Of a DNA stretch of 64,000 nucleotides, positions 49,904 to 60,211 are shown piece by piece. The stretch spans positions 3,680,001-3,744,000 of the forward strand of contig OY843751.1 in the NCBI GenBank assembly GCA_963693055.1, read 5' to 3'. Below the pieces are notes generated by a model that made no database searches, was not told the DNA's origin, and saw nothing but the letters and a program-made list of their open reading frames with translations. Position 1 is the first letter of the stretch. Each line of letters begins with the position of its first letter. The position numbers and the translations under genes were made by a program. The stretch is from a bacterium (GTDB lineage: Bacteria > Zhuqueibacterota > Zhuqueibacteria > Residuimicrobiales > Krinioviventaceae).

Positions 49904-51862
49904 ATGCACGAGATACCCTATCTTAAAGATGTAGTCATATTGTTCGGAACTGCCCTGGTTATGCTGGCAATTTGTAACCGGTTCCGTATTCCATCTATTA
50001 TTGGCTTTTTGTTTACCGGCTTGTTAACAGGTCCATCCACTCTTGGATGGATCAAAGACTCGCATCATATTGAAATCTTTGCCGAGCTGGGTGTTGTTTT
50101 TCTCTTGTTCATCATTGGTTTAGAGCTGCATTTTGAACGACTCAAAAAGCTGATAAAACCCATGCTGGTTGGTGGCAGTCTACAGGCAGCGCTAACGTTG
50201 CTGGCGATTATAACTGCAGCTTGGGGATTAGGGTTTGGTACCAAAACCGGTTTCTTTTGGGGAATGGTTATCACCCTTAGCAGCACCGCTATTGTGCTTA
50301 CTTTATACCAGGAACGTAATGAAATTGAAACTCCTCACGGACAAACAGCATTGGGAATTTTGCTGTTCCAGGATTTTTTAATTGTACCCTTTATTCTCAT
50401 CGTACCCATTTTGGGCGGCTCCATGGATGGAACCGGACTCCAAATCGCTTTCCGGTTTGGCGGTGGTTTGCTGCTTATTGGAGCAATGCTGGTGTTGGGT
50501 CGATTTGTACTTCCCCATCTATTACACCTGATTGTTCTTACACGTGTGCGTGAGCTCCTGGTATTGGGCGCATTGTTCATTTGCCTGGGTGCAGCATTGG
50601 CAACTGAAGCGGCAGGTTTTTCACTTGCCCTCGGTGCTTTTCTTGCAGGTATTTTGATTTCCGAGAGCGACTATCACTACCAAATTGAAAGCGAGATTAC
50701 CCCCTTCAGGGACGTATTTAACAGCGTCTTTTTTATATCTATTGGTATGCTGATCAATATAAAATTTTTTATCTCTCACTGGCAAACCGTATTAATCATA
50801 GCGGGCACAGCACTGGTAATAAAAACCATAATCCTGCTTGTTGTCACATCACTCCTATTTATTCCCTGGCGAACAAAATTCATTGCATCTACAAGTCTTG
50901 CGCAGATTGGAGAATTTTCATTTATTCTTATCAGCACAGGCTATTTTTACAAACTGATCCCTTATGACCATTACCAATACGCCATATCAGTCACTGTTTT
51001 GACCATGCTGCTCACACCGGTTTTAATTTCAACCGCACCACTACTTTTCAGAGTATCCCAAAAATCTATTGCTATCTCTAAAGAAACCGATCTGTCAGGC
51101 CATATAATTATTTCCGGACACGGGTTGACGGGCCAGCATCTGGTCAGGGTTTTACAAAGCGCAAATATTCCTTACATTGTTACTGAAATAAACGGCCAAA
51201 AGGTAAAGCAAAATAAAAAACTGGGAACGAATATCATTTATGGAGATTCCTCAAAAAGAACCATTTTGGAAAAATGTGGTATCAACTCAGCCAGCGTATT
51301 GGTTACTGCCATATCTGATCCCTATGCATTACGACAGACTATAAAACTTGCACGACAAATAAACCCGGATATTTTTATTATCGCACGCAGTAACCGTTTG
51401 GACGAGATACAGGAACTTGTGGAATTTGGTGCCAGCCATGTCATTGCGCAGGAATTTGAATCTTCAATAGAAATTGTTACCAATGTGCTTGAACGGTTGC
51501 ATATGCCGCAAAACATAATCCGTATGGAAGAAAAAATATTAAGGCAAGATGGATACCAAATGCTCCGTCAACCGGCTACAACCTCTTATGGAATTTCAGA
51601 TAAAATCATGGATCTGCTGGCCGAAGGTGTTACAACAACCTTTATGGTATTGGAGACCCATTATGCGGTAAATAAAAAGATAAGTGATCTGGATTTACGT
51701 AAGCAAACCGGGGCAACCATACTGGCGGTGATGCGGGGTGACAAGCCGAATAAAAATCCGGCCCCTGATTTAGAGCTATCAAGTGGAGATGTATTAATAT
51801 TAACTGGCGCACATGCAGAAATTGACAATGCATTTGCATGGCTTGAAAAAGGTGGAAACTAG
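49904..51862 (+). CDS. CPA2 cation:proton antiporter (Kef-like) with TrkA-N and TrkA-C domains
   Basis: AELGVVFLLFIIGLE, LSSTAIV, LLFQD, LAQIGEFSF; GHGLTG NAD-fold; RCK_C tail. Confidence 0.92.
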   Translation: MHEIPYLKDVVILFGTALVMLAICNRFRIPSIIGFLFTGLLTGPSTLGWIKDSHHIEIFAELGVVFLLFIIGLELHFERLKKLIKPMLVGGSLQAALTLLAIITAAWGLGFGTKTGFFWGMVITLSSTAIVLTLYQERNEIETPHGQTALGILLFQDFLIVPFILIVPILGGSMDGTGLQIAFRFGGGLLLIGAMLVLGRFVLPHLLHLIVLTRVRELLVLGALFICLGAALATEAAGFSLALGAFLAGILISESDYHYQIESEITPFRDVFNSVFFISIGMLINIKFFISHWQTVLIIAGTALVIKTIILLVVTSLLFIPWRTKFIASTSLAQIGEFSFILISTGYFYKLIPYDHYQYAISVTVLTMLLTPVLISTAPLLFRVSQKSIAISKETDLSGHIIISGHGLTGQHLVRVLQSANIPYIVTEINGQKVKQNKKLGTNIIYGDSSKRTILEKCGINSASVLVTAISDPYALRQTIKLARQINPDIFIIARSNRLDEIQELVEFGASHVIAQEFESSIEIVTNVLERLHMPQNIIRMEEKILRQDGYQMLRQPATTSYGISDKIMDLLAEGVTTTFMVLETHYAVNKKISDLDLRKQTGATILAVMRGDKPNKNPAPDLELSSGDVLILTGAHAEIDNAFAWLEKGGN

Positions 51863-51884
51863 CAATAATAGAACATTTTTCTTT

Positions 51885-52322
51885 TCACCCAATCTTACCT
51901 TTAAGTTTATTCCATAATCCCTTGCCCAACATTCGGTCAGCGGTATTTAATATCCTTTGAATCACTTCCAGGACATCATCATCTCCTGGCCAATGCTCAT
52001 GAATGATCTCGGGATCAGTATAATTGACCAGACCATTCAACACATAAGCCGCTAAAGCGATATCATCCGTAAACGCTGCCGGACCGAAAATAGCTTCCGG
52101 TAACAAATCGATGGGTGATATGAAATATGCCAACGCAGCCAATAATTTCACTTTTTCAGATTTGGGAACGCGTTCATCTTGCGAAAGCTTCCACATCAGG
52201 TAAAACAAATCGGGTGCCCATATCAGATATTTACTCCACTCATTGTTTTGACCGTCTTTACTGTCTAACCAGGCTTGCAGTTTATTGCGAAGTTTTTTAT
52301 AAAAACCAGCTTCTTTATTCAA
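51885..52322 (-). CDS. YkvA/DUF1232 family protein
   Basis: ALAYFISPIDLLPE...TDD motif. Confidence 0.88.
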   Translation of the reverse strand: MNKEAGFYKKLRNKLQAWLDSKDGQNNEWSKYLIWAPDLFYLMWKLSQDERVPKSEKVKLLAALAYFISPIDLLPEAIFGPAAFTDDIALAAYVLNGLVNYTDPEIIHEHWPGDDDVLEVIQRILNTADRMLGKGLWNKLKGKIG

Positions 52323-52362
52323 TTTTTTATATTCCTGTTAACCTTGTAGTATGTTAAAATGT

Positions 52363-53865
52363 TTATTTAACCAGACTGGTATTGGTTTGAAAATCATACA
52401 ATGTTTTTCGTTTCAAGTCTGCTATTGCCAGTTTATAATCAACATATGCTGATAAATATGCCGACTTGGCGCTGACCAGACGATCACGGTTGTCTGCCAA
52501 TACTGTACTGGTTATATCACCGTTATTAAAACGTTCAAGGGTAATATCAAAATTCCTTTGAGCAACAGATTGACGCTTTTCAAGAACATTCAAACGATTT
52601 TCCGCTTCTTTCAATTGACGCACCGCATCTCTCACTTCACGAACGATTGTTTTTTTCTGTTCCTGCAAGTCCAGCTCCCTACTCCGCATGAGTGCTTTGG
52701 CCTGTTCAACTTCTGCCCGGTTTACTCCCCAGTCAAAAATAGGCACAGACAATGTAAATCCTACACTTCGGTTATTGGGACGCCTGTCCATATCTTCCAG
52801 GCTTGAATTCCAAAGTGTACCGGGAGAAGAGTCATAATCCAGGTTGGCATCGCTTACTCCAACCAATTCATAAGAAGCCCACAAATTACCTTCTATAGTG
52901 CTGCGCGCATCTACTTCTTTGATGGTTAGTTTTGCGAGTTCAATATCAATCTCATTTTCACGGATTTCGGACCGGTTTTCAAGCGCAAGCTCTACAGCTT
53001 TATCAAGATTTATATCAAATTCCTGAACATCGATTTCTGTTTGCACTGTCACATTGTCGCTAAAATTCAAACCAATTTCCTGCAAAAACGTATCGCGGGT
53101 ACGTTCCATATCAGATTCTGCAATAACCAGCAGGTTTTCACTTTCCGCAAGGTCAACTTCCATTTCAAGGGCTTCGGTTTCTGCAATGAGCCCCGCATTG
53201 AACTTTTTACTGGCAATATTATACAGCTCTTTTTGCTGATCAACATTGTCCCGCGCTATCTGAAATTGCCGAACACCCTGATAATATTGAAAAAATGCAT
53301 AGGTAACCCGATAAATAATAAACAATTCATTCTGGTTACTTTGTCTTTGTGTACGTTCATAATTCAAATCTGCCTGTTTTAAACCCAGTTTTAAACTGTT
53401 TACGGTGAACAGGGGTTGATCGAATTGCAAACTCAGAGAAGTATAGACATCTTTACGCATAAGATCAGTTGCAGTTTCCGCAAGATAAGTTGATACATCA
53501 CGATGATAAGAGGATCCCCTTAGTCGGATTACACCATCGGTAGGCAGGGGTTGGTTTAAATCCATTCTACCGTAATACATAATACTACCTGTAGTATTAA
53601 AAACAGGCAGAGAATTTTGCACCGGAATAGATGATACCGATTCTTCCCAGTTGGGGAGTTGAAATGACATATCCGCATTGGTTTTAAAACGTCCTTTTGC
53701 GGCAATAAGACCTTGTTCTGCACGCATCAGGTTAAGACGTAGTACTTTCATGTCATAACTTTTTTCAAGTGCAATATCAACAGCATCATCAAGAGTCAGC
53801 ATATAATCAGCAGCAAAGACTGGCATAAAAAAACATAAAATTACAATAGGTAAAATATTTTTCAT
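52363..53865 (-). CDS. TolC family outer-membrane efflux protein
   Basis: LTLDDAVDIALE, duplicated OEP halves, SVPIFDWG, ERFNNGDI. Confidence 0.88.
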   Translation of the reverse strand: MKNILPIVILCFFMPVFAADYMLTLDDAVDIALEKSYDMKVLRLNLMRAEQGLIAAKGRFKTNADMSFQLPNWEESVSSIPVQNSLPVFNTTGSIMYYGRMDLNQPLPTDGVIRLRGSSYHRDVSTYLAETATDLMRKDVYTSLSLQFDQPLFTVNSLKLGLKQADLNYERTQRQSNQNELFIIYRVTYAFFQYYQGVRQFQIARDNVDQQKELYNIASKKFNAGLIAETEALEMEVDLAESENLLVIAESDMERTRDTFLQEIGLNFSDNVTVQTEIDVQEFDINLDKAVELALENRSEIRENEIDIELAKLTIKEVDARSTIEGNLWASYELVGVSDANLDYDSSPGTLWNSSLEDMDRRPNNRSVGFTLSVPIFDWGVNRAEVEQAKALMRSRELDLQEQKKTIVREVRDAVRQLKEAENRLNVLEKRQSVAQRNFDITLERFNNGDITSTVLADNRDRLVSAKSAYLSAYVDYKLAIADLKRKTLYDFQTNTSLVK

Positions 53866-53884
53866 TTTTCATTTGCTCCCGCGG

Positions 53885-55123
53885 TTATTCATATCTCAAG
53901 GCTTCGATAGGATTGATCTCTGATGCACTTTTGGCCGGAAACGTTCCAAATATAACTCCAACCGCACCTGACACACCAAAAGCAACAATTACGGAAATAG
54001 GTGTAATAGCTGTTCTGAATTCAGCAAAGCTGTTGATGACCAATGACATGACTACCCCCAGAATAATACCAACCAATCCGCCGGTAAAAGAGAGCCCAAC
54101 GGCTTCGATCATGAACTGGTAAAGGATTTCTTTGCGTCGTGCTCCTAATGATCTTCGGATACCAATTTCACGGGTTCGCTCCAAAACCGTAGCCAGCATA
54201 ATATTCATAATCCCTATACCGCCTACCAATAAAGAAATTGCCGCAATTGATCCCAAAACCATATTATAGATTCGTGTTTCTTTTTCTTCCTGTTTTAACA
54301 GCTCGTAAGGTATTACAATATCAAAATCGTTATTACCACGATGTCTGCGGTTTACAATTCGTCTCACTACGGCAGCACTTTCCAACAAATTTTGTGAATC
54401 ATCTATCTTGATGGTCAACTGATTAATCTCACTCGCCAATTGCTGTTCTTTATCAAATCTACGCAAAAATGAGGACAATGGTATATAAATATCCTGATTC
54501 AGGTTCCGTGAAGCAAGTTCCCCAACCGTTTCAGTAAACAGAGATTTGGTTCCCATAACGCCAACCACCTCGAACCATTGGTCATCCAGTTTTACTTTTT
54601 TACCTATAGGGTCCTGCACCGGGAACAAATTTTTTTCAACATCTGCGCCCAGCACGCAAACACGTAATTGTCGTTCATGCTGGTCTGGTGTTAAAAAACG
54701 CCCTTTGTCGGTTTCATAATTAAGTATATTTGAAAAATTTGAAGATACCCCAACAACGGTTGATTTGGTAGACTTGTCTTCATATTTTGCATCCATATCC
54801 ATTTCTGTTTGTGATGCAACCATATCCACTGTGGGTACAATTTCCTGTATAGCCTGCGCATCACGCAGTGATAAACCACGAGAAAATTTAGCACGGACTT
54901 CTTCCAACTCTTCCTCGTTCAGGTCTTTGTCTCGAACAATAATATTATTAACGCCCAGCATTTTGTATTTTGCAAGGGCTTCACGTTTGGCGCCTTCACC
55001 AATAGAAAGCATGGCAATTACAGCAGAAACACCAAAAATAATACCCAGCATAGTCAACAGAGAACGCAATCGATGTACTTTGAGTCCTTCCAGCCCTATG
55101 AGTATAATATCCCGCAATTCCAT
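53885..55123 (-). CDS. MacB/FtsX-type ABC permease (no fused ATPase)
   Basis: RSLLTMLGIIFGV, GGIGIMNIMLATVLERTREIGIRRSLGA, PIEALRYE. Confidence 0.93.
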   Translation of the reverse strand: MELRDIILIGLEGLKVHRLRSLLTMLGIIFGVSAVIAMLSIGEGAKREALAKYKMLGVNNIIVRDKDLNEEELEEVRAKFSRGLSLRDAQAIQEIVPTVDMVASQTEMDMDAKYEDKSTKSTVVGVSSNFSNILNYETDKGRFLTPDQHERQLRVCVLGADVEKNLFPVQDPIGKKVKLDDQWFEVVGVMGTKSLFTETVGELASRNLNQDIYIPLSSFLRRFDKEQQLASEINQLTIKIDDSQNLLESAAVVRRIVNRRHRGNNDFDIVIPYELLKQEEKETRIYNMVLGSIAAISLLVGGIGIMNIMLATVLERTREIGIRRSLGARRKEILYQFMIEAVGLSFTGGLVGIILGVVMSLVINSFAEFRTAITPISVIVAFGVSGAVGVIFGTFPAKSASEINPIEALRYE

Positions 55124-56310
55124 TACACTTCTCCCGTGCTTAAATCCACGACCTTGTCACCCGGTTTGATTCCTTCACCGGAAATAACAACATGTTCATA
55201 ATTTTTAGGACCCAGCTCAACTTTTACTCTTTTCTTTCCGGATCCTTTTTGTAAATATATATAATATTTGCCATCATCTTCTTCAATACACTCGTTTTTA
55301 ACATAGGTTGCATCTTTGATCTGAGAAACCAGAAATTCACAGCTCACTGTCATGCCCGGTCTTACAATGCGCGTAATATCGTCCAACAGCACTTCAACAT
55401 CAAACACCTTGATCTTGGATTCTCGTTCTTTTTTGCGGCACACCTTGCTTACAAAGGTAACAGTGCCAGTAAACTCGTCCTTTGGAAACGCATCGAGCCA
55501 TACCGAAGCCTTTTGTCCCACTTTGATCTTTGTCGCATCTCGTTCATTTACAGTGGTCAGTACTTTCATTTTGCTCAAATCCGGAAGCTTTATAATTCCA
55601 TGCCCTGGTCGTAATTCACTCCCCACTTCAGTTTTGCCCCTCCACCGATGTACATAGTGCACGACCATTCCATCTGCTGGAGCACGCAACATAAAGTTAT
55701 TCATTGTTCGCTCGGCTTTATCTATTGCAGACAATATCTGTTTCTTTTTTTCATCCTGAATGATCAATTCTTCATGATTGAGGATATTCTGCAACTCGAG
55801 CGTTTCACGACATTTTTCAAGTTCTATTTTGGCTATTTTAAATTCAAGTCGTGATATCTCTTTTTGTGCATTGGATTCAAATTGTACACGCTGAGTATCA
55901 ATTATCGCTTTTCGAAACGTAGCTTCAGCGGATTTCAACTCAGCTTCAAGTCCTTTTATTGTTGTTTGCTGTTCCGCTAATAGCTTGTTATAGTCCGCTG
56001 TATATATTTCCAACTCGGATCTACGAGTCCCCAATTCTTTTGCAACAGATGAAGTATCGATCATGCCTACATATTCACCTTTTTTCACACGGGTACCTTC
56101 ATCCACCATATCTGCAACTTTGGGCCTGCCATACTCCCAGTTAAATTGGGGCATAACTACCAGTTTTGAATTCACAGAACGCACTTCACCGGTTTCTGTA
56201 ATTGTGGCCTCAAATGTACCTTTTTGTATTCTGTCGCCACCGGACAAGACCCCGCCACATGCAGCAATTAATGATGCCAATAACGGAAGAGCGATTAACC
56301 ATTTTTTCAT
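55123..56310 (-). CDS. Periplasmic adaptor (HlyD/MacA-type MFP) 3
   Basis: Lipobox-like IAAC; EGTRVKKGE; RAPADG; VNERD; RPGMTV. Confidence 0.88.
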   Translation of the reverse strand: MKKWLIALPLLASLIAACGGVLSGGDRIQKGTFEATITETGEVRSVNSKLVVMPQFNWEYGRPKVADMVDEGTRVKKGEYVGMIDTSSVAKELGTRRSELEIYTADYNKLLAEQQTTIKGLEAELKSAEATFRKAIIDTQRVQFESNAQKEISRLEFKIAKIELEKCRETLELQNILNHEELIIQDEKKKQILSAIDKAERTMNNFMLRAPADGMVVHYVHRWRGKTEVGSELRPGHGIIKLPDLSKMKVLTTVNERDATKIKVGQKASVWLDAFPKDEFTGTVTFVSKVCRKKERESKIKVFDVEVLLDDITRIVRPGMTVSCEFLVSQIKDATYVKNECIEEDDGKYYIYLQKGSGKKRVKVELGPKNYEHVVISGEGIKPGDKVVDLSTGEV

Positions 56311-57542
56311 GATTCCTCTCCCTTTTCTTTTTCTTCCGGTGCTTTAAAAATTTCAGGATCTACAAGAGCAAGTTCCATATTCGGTTCAATTCCCTCAGCT
56401 ACAATCACATAATCATCATTCTCCGCGCCCAGAGTAACCGGAACCGTATCAAAATCTCTACCTTTTTTTACATATACAATATCCTTACCGTCTTTATGGA
56501 AAACAGCTTCTATAGGTATATATAGTGTATCCGCAATTCGATCAATCACAATTTCGCAACTTACAGTCATACCAGGCATTAACGATTCGTGGGTTCTGTC
56601 AAGATTTACAATGACATCAAACACTTTGACTTTGGAATCACGTTCTTTATTACGAGCTAGGGTTGCAATGTCTGTTACTATACCCGTAAATACCGAATCC
56701 GGATAAGCATCCAAACGAATATTTACCTGCTGCAAGGTATCGATCTTGGCAATGTCCACTTCATTTACCGGGACTTGTGCACTCATCAGTGTCAGATCAG
56801 GAAGTTTTGCTATAGAATTACCCCGCCATACATTATCGTCAACCTGGTATTTATCATCTGTTGAACGGTTTCTTTCAAGAATAGCAATACCGGGAGATGG
56901 TGCGGTTATGGTCAATTTATCAAGAGTGATTTGTGCTTCTTCAAATTTGGTTTCTTCCTGGTGTACCTGAAGCTGTAATTTATTAAGCTCTTCACGGCTT
57001 ACATTTTTCTGGTTTTCAATTTCCTGTTTTGCTTTTTCCAGAGTTATAACCGAACGGTCCAGCTCTAGCTGAATTTCTTTTTTACGGATCTCTGACTCGT
57101 ATGTAGCTTTTTCAAGATTGAGTTGAGATATCTTGTGTTGAAGCTGGGTCTTTTCAAGATCAGATTCCAACTCTTTCATTCTCGATGCATTACTTGCCTG
57201 TGCTTTACGTAATTCCGCCTTGGCAATCTCAAGGGCTGCCTGAGCATCGTCCAGCGCTTTTTTTACTTCTGTTTGATCAAAACGGACAATCAAATCTCCT
57301 TTTTTAACCTGAGCGCCATCTTCAATAATGTCTGTAATCTGCAATCCACCAAAACGCCATGAAATAGACGGTGCTTTAATCATGATGGAATTTACCGCTT
57401 CCAGCTCACCCGTTTCAACAACACTGTACAGGAAATCACCGCGTTTTACTTTATAGGTTTCAATTTCCATTTCAGTTTCGGAACCGCAGCCCACCAATAA
57501 CCAGATTAACAGTAATGCAAATAATAAAATTTTATTCTTCAT
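56307..57542 (-). CDS. Periplasmic adaptor (HlyD/MacA-type MFP) 2
   Basis: LVGC lipobox; DGAQVKKGD; TAPSPG; VNEVD; MPGMTV. Confidence 0.9.
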   Translation of the reverse strand: MKNKILLFALLLIWLLVGCGSETEMEIETYKVKRGDFLYSVVETGELEAVNSIMIKAPSISWRFGGLQITDIIEDGAQVKKGDLIVRFDQTEVKKALDDAQAALEIAKAELRKAQASNASRMKELESDLEKTQLQHKISQLNLEKATYESEIRKKEIQLELDRSVITLEKAKQEIENQKNVSREELNKLQLQVHQEETKFEEAQITLDKLTITAPSPGIAILERNRSTDDKYQVDDNVWRGNSIAKLPDLTLMSAQVPVNEVDIAKIDTLQQVNIRLDAYPDSVFTGIVTDIATLARNKERDSKVKVFDVIVNLDRTHESLMPGMTVSCEIVIDRIADTLYIPIEAVFHKDGKDIVYVKKGRDFDTVPVTLGAENDDYVIVAEGIEPNMELALVDPEIFKAPEEKEKGEES

Positions 57543-57556
57543 GCTTTTGTCCCGAT

Positions 57557-58885
57557 TTATTCAATGGTTTGAGATATTTTTATATCATCTGATAGTTGTG
57601 TTTGAATGGAATCCGCCGCCGGTATGATTTGTGTGGAATCGCTGTTCAGCGAATCAACTGGTATCTTGAATGCTATCAAAGTGTCCGGCCAGTCAACATT
57701 TTTTTCCGGTGGCTGCAAAAGTGCAAGTTCAAGAGCATTTGTAAAATTGCCATGGATAAATGAATAATCATAATCCTGACCGGTTTGAGCAATGGGATAA
57801 GGCTTAAATTTCTTGCCATTTTTTGCATATACAATTTTCACACTGTCATGTTCAAATATACATTCAAGTGGAACAGCCAGAGCATTTTCAATGGTTTCAA
57901 CTTTGATATTACACATAGCAGTCAATCCTGGTACCATCCCCGGGTACGTACTATCCGCTTGAACAATCACATCCACTTTTTTGACTTTGGAGCGCCGTCT
58001 GATGGGTTTGGCCATTTTATCAACAAAGGTTACCTTGCCTGTAAGGTTTAAATCTTTTAATACAGGGATATAGATTATTGCCTTTTGCCCAAGTTTAAGT
58101 TTTTGAGATTCTGTTTCACTTACCTGGAGTTTCACCTGCATTGCCGACATGTCTGGAATTTTGGCAATAGGCCGACCGGGATACACGCGGTCTCCAACCA
58201 GAACCGGTTCATTGCTCCAGCGATTTCTAACATGTACCACATAGCCATCAACAGGTGCCAAAATGGAAAGCTTTTTCAAGTCCTGACTGAATTTATCAAC
58301 ACTGGATTGAGCCTGACGAATGATCAGATTCTGATGGGCCCGTTCTTCTTCCTGAATTGCGGCAAGAAATTCCATCTTTTCCATATTTTTCTGGGCATCC
58401 AGTTCATATTGCTCAATTTGGAGTTGTTTGATTTCTCTGACTTTGGGAGGTTCGAATTCAAGTTTTGAAGACTGGAGTTTAGCGGACTGCATGGAAGCAA
58501 GTGCGTCTTTGTATTGGGATTCATATTGCAAACGCTCTAATTCCAATTCAGCAAATCGCTGTTCTGCATCTGCTTTTGCTACTTGCAATGCATCCAAAGC
58601 GTTTACATAATTATTTTGCAGTTCTTCTGCTTCGAGAGTAAATACCACATCCCCTGCTTTAATATAGGTCCCTTCTTCAGCCAAATAAGCTACCTGCATA
58701 TCCGCCCAAATATGAGGTGCGGGAAGGACCTGAGCCTTGATTGCTTCCAAAACCCCTTCTGCTTCAACCTGAACAGTAAAGTCCTGTCTGGTGGCATGAT
58801 ATGTCAAGATCGCTTTTCCGGATTTGGAATTGCAACCCAACAACAAATAGAATAACAGGAAAACATATATGTTTTTTTTCATCAT
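57557..58885 (-). CDS. Periplasmic adaptor (HlyD/MacA-type MFP) 1
   Basis: Start MMKKNIY after AGGA; LLGC lipobox; EGTYIKAGD; LAPVDG; VPGLT. Confidence 0.85.
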   Translation of the reverse strand: MMKKNIYVFLLFYLLLGCNSKSGKAILTYHATRQDFTVQVEAEGVLEAIKAQVLPAPHIWADMQVAYLAEEGTYIKAGDVVFTLEAEELQNNYVNALDALQVAKADAEQRFAELELERLQYESQYKDALASMQSAKLQSSKLEFEPPKVREIKQLQIEQYELDAQKNMEKMEFLAAIQEEERAHQNLIIRQAQSSVDKFSQDLKKLSILAPVDGYVVHVRNRWSNEPVLVGDRVYPGRPIAKIPDMSAMQVKLQVSETESQKLKLGQKAIIYIPVLKDLNLTGKVTFVDKMAKPIRRRSKVKKVDVIVQADSTYPGMVPGLTAMCNIKVETIENALAVPLECIFEHDSVKIVYAKNGKKFKPYPIAQTGQDYDYSFIHGNFTNALELALLQPPEKNVDWPDTLIAFKIPVDSLNSDSTQIIPAADSIQTQLSDDIKISQTIE

Positions 58886-58972
58886 GGTTCCTGATTGTTT
58901 TAAATCTATTCTAATAACCGTTTGCCGGTTCTGTTTGGAAATCTTGAGGACTAGATGCAAAGAATATTATAT

Positions 58973-60199
58973 TCAGGGATATATCATATACTTTTTTCGT
59001 AATGTAATAAATTTCTCAACACCAACTTGTAAAACATTGTAAAAACTTTTTCCATCTTGTATGGTCACCCTTACCTTGTCTGTCCCCATTGCGAAATCAA
59101 ACATATTGGTTCTCTCCGAATCAAATATATTATGATCGGGATACAACCGATATAATGCATCAAGAATATGGAATTGTGTCTCCATTGGCCTGTATAAACT
59201 ATAATCTATTATATGTATTTGAACCCCCTCAAGTTCCTTATTTTCAAGAGAAGTATAGTATGGAGTAAAGTACACGGGTCTAAATTTAACTCCGGGAAGG
59301 TCCTGTTTGTTTAAATAATCAGCAAGCTTTTTACCATCAATCCATTCCTGCCCCACCAGTTCAAAAGGCAACGTATAACCAACGCCTCCATTCACTTTAC
59401 TCAACTCGCCCATACATCCGGTTGTTGCGGTAAAAAACGGTGTTGTGCTCTTGGGAATATGCGGAGAAGTAGGTACCCAAACCAGCCCGGTATCATCAAA
59501 ACGCATCCATCTGTGCCAGTTTTTCATGGGGACAATTGTCAAGTCCGCATTGATGCTAAATTCTGTATTAAATAACTGAGCCAGTTCGCCAATGGTTAAT
59601 CCATAGATATACGGAATCTCGTACATGCCGATAAAAGACTTGAAATCCGGTTCCAGCATGGGGCCTTCTACCAGCTCACCGCCTAAAGGATTGGGACGAT
59701 CAAGAACCAAAACAGGCAGATTGTTCTCTGCTGCTGATTTCATAACATTGGCCATGGTATAAATATATGTATATGCTCTTGAGCCGATATCCTGAATGTC
59801 AAATACCAGCACGTCTACATCTTTCAACATCTCAGCAGTGGGCTTTTTTGTTTTTCCATAAAGACTGTAAACGGGCACACCGGTTAATGAATCTGTATAT
59901 GATGCCACCTTTTTACCGGCATCATGACTGCCGCGTACACCATGTTCGGGCCCGAACAAAGCGATCAACTCAACATCGGGATGATTGTAAATCACATCTA
60001 CGCTGCTTTGCAAATCCCGTGTAATACCTGTGGGATTGGTAACCAAACCTACACGTTTACCACTTATCAGGTGCAGACTGTCAGCCATTAATACATCAAT
60101 ACCGGGCAATACAACCGATGATATTTGCGTTTCCGGCTGCTTTGTGCAATATACAACGAGAGATAGAATGAATAAAATTTGTATTAACAATTTAGACAT
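58973..60199 (-). CDS. namZ: Exo-beta-N-acetylmuramidase NamZ (DUF1343)
   Basis: GLVTNPTG, FGPEHGVRG, DIQDIGSRAYTY, LDRPNPLGG, PTSPHIP. Confidence 0.9.
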   Translation of the reverse strand: MSKLLIQILFILSLVVYCTKQPETQISSVVLPGIDVLMADSLHLISGKRVGLVTNPTGITRDLQSSVDVIYNHPDVELIALFGPEHGVRGSHDAGKKVASYTDSLTGVPVYSLYGKTKKPTAEMLKDVDVLVFDIQDIGSRAYTYIYTMANVMKSAAENNLPVLVLDRPNPLGGELVEGPMLEPDFKSFIGMYEIPYIYGLTIGELAQLFNTEFSINADLTIVPMKNWHRWMRFDDTGLVWVPTSPHIPKSTTPFFTATTGCMGELSKVNGGVGYTLPFELVGQEWIDGKKLADYLNKQDLPGVKFRPVYFTPYYTSLENKELEGVQIHIIDYSLYRPMETQFHILDALYRLYPDHNIFDSERTNMFDFAMGTDKVRVTIQDGKSFYNVLQVGVEKFITLRKKYMIYP

Positions 60200-60211
60200 T
60201 GATGAAAACCA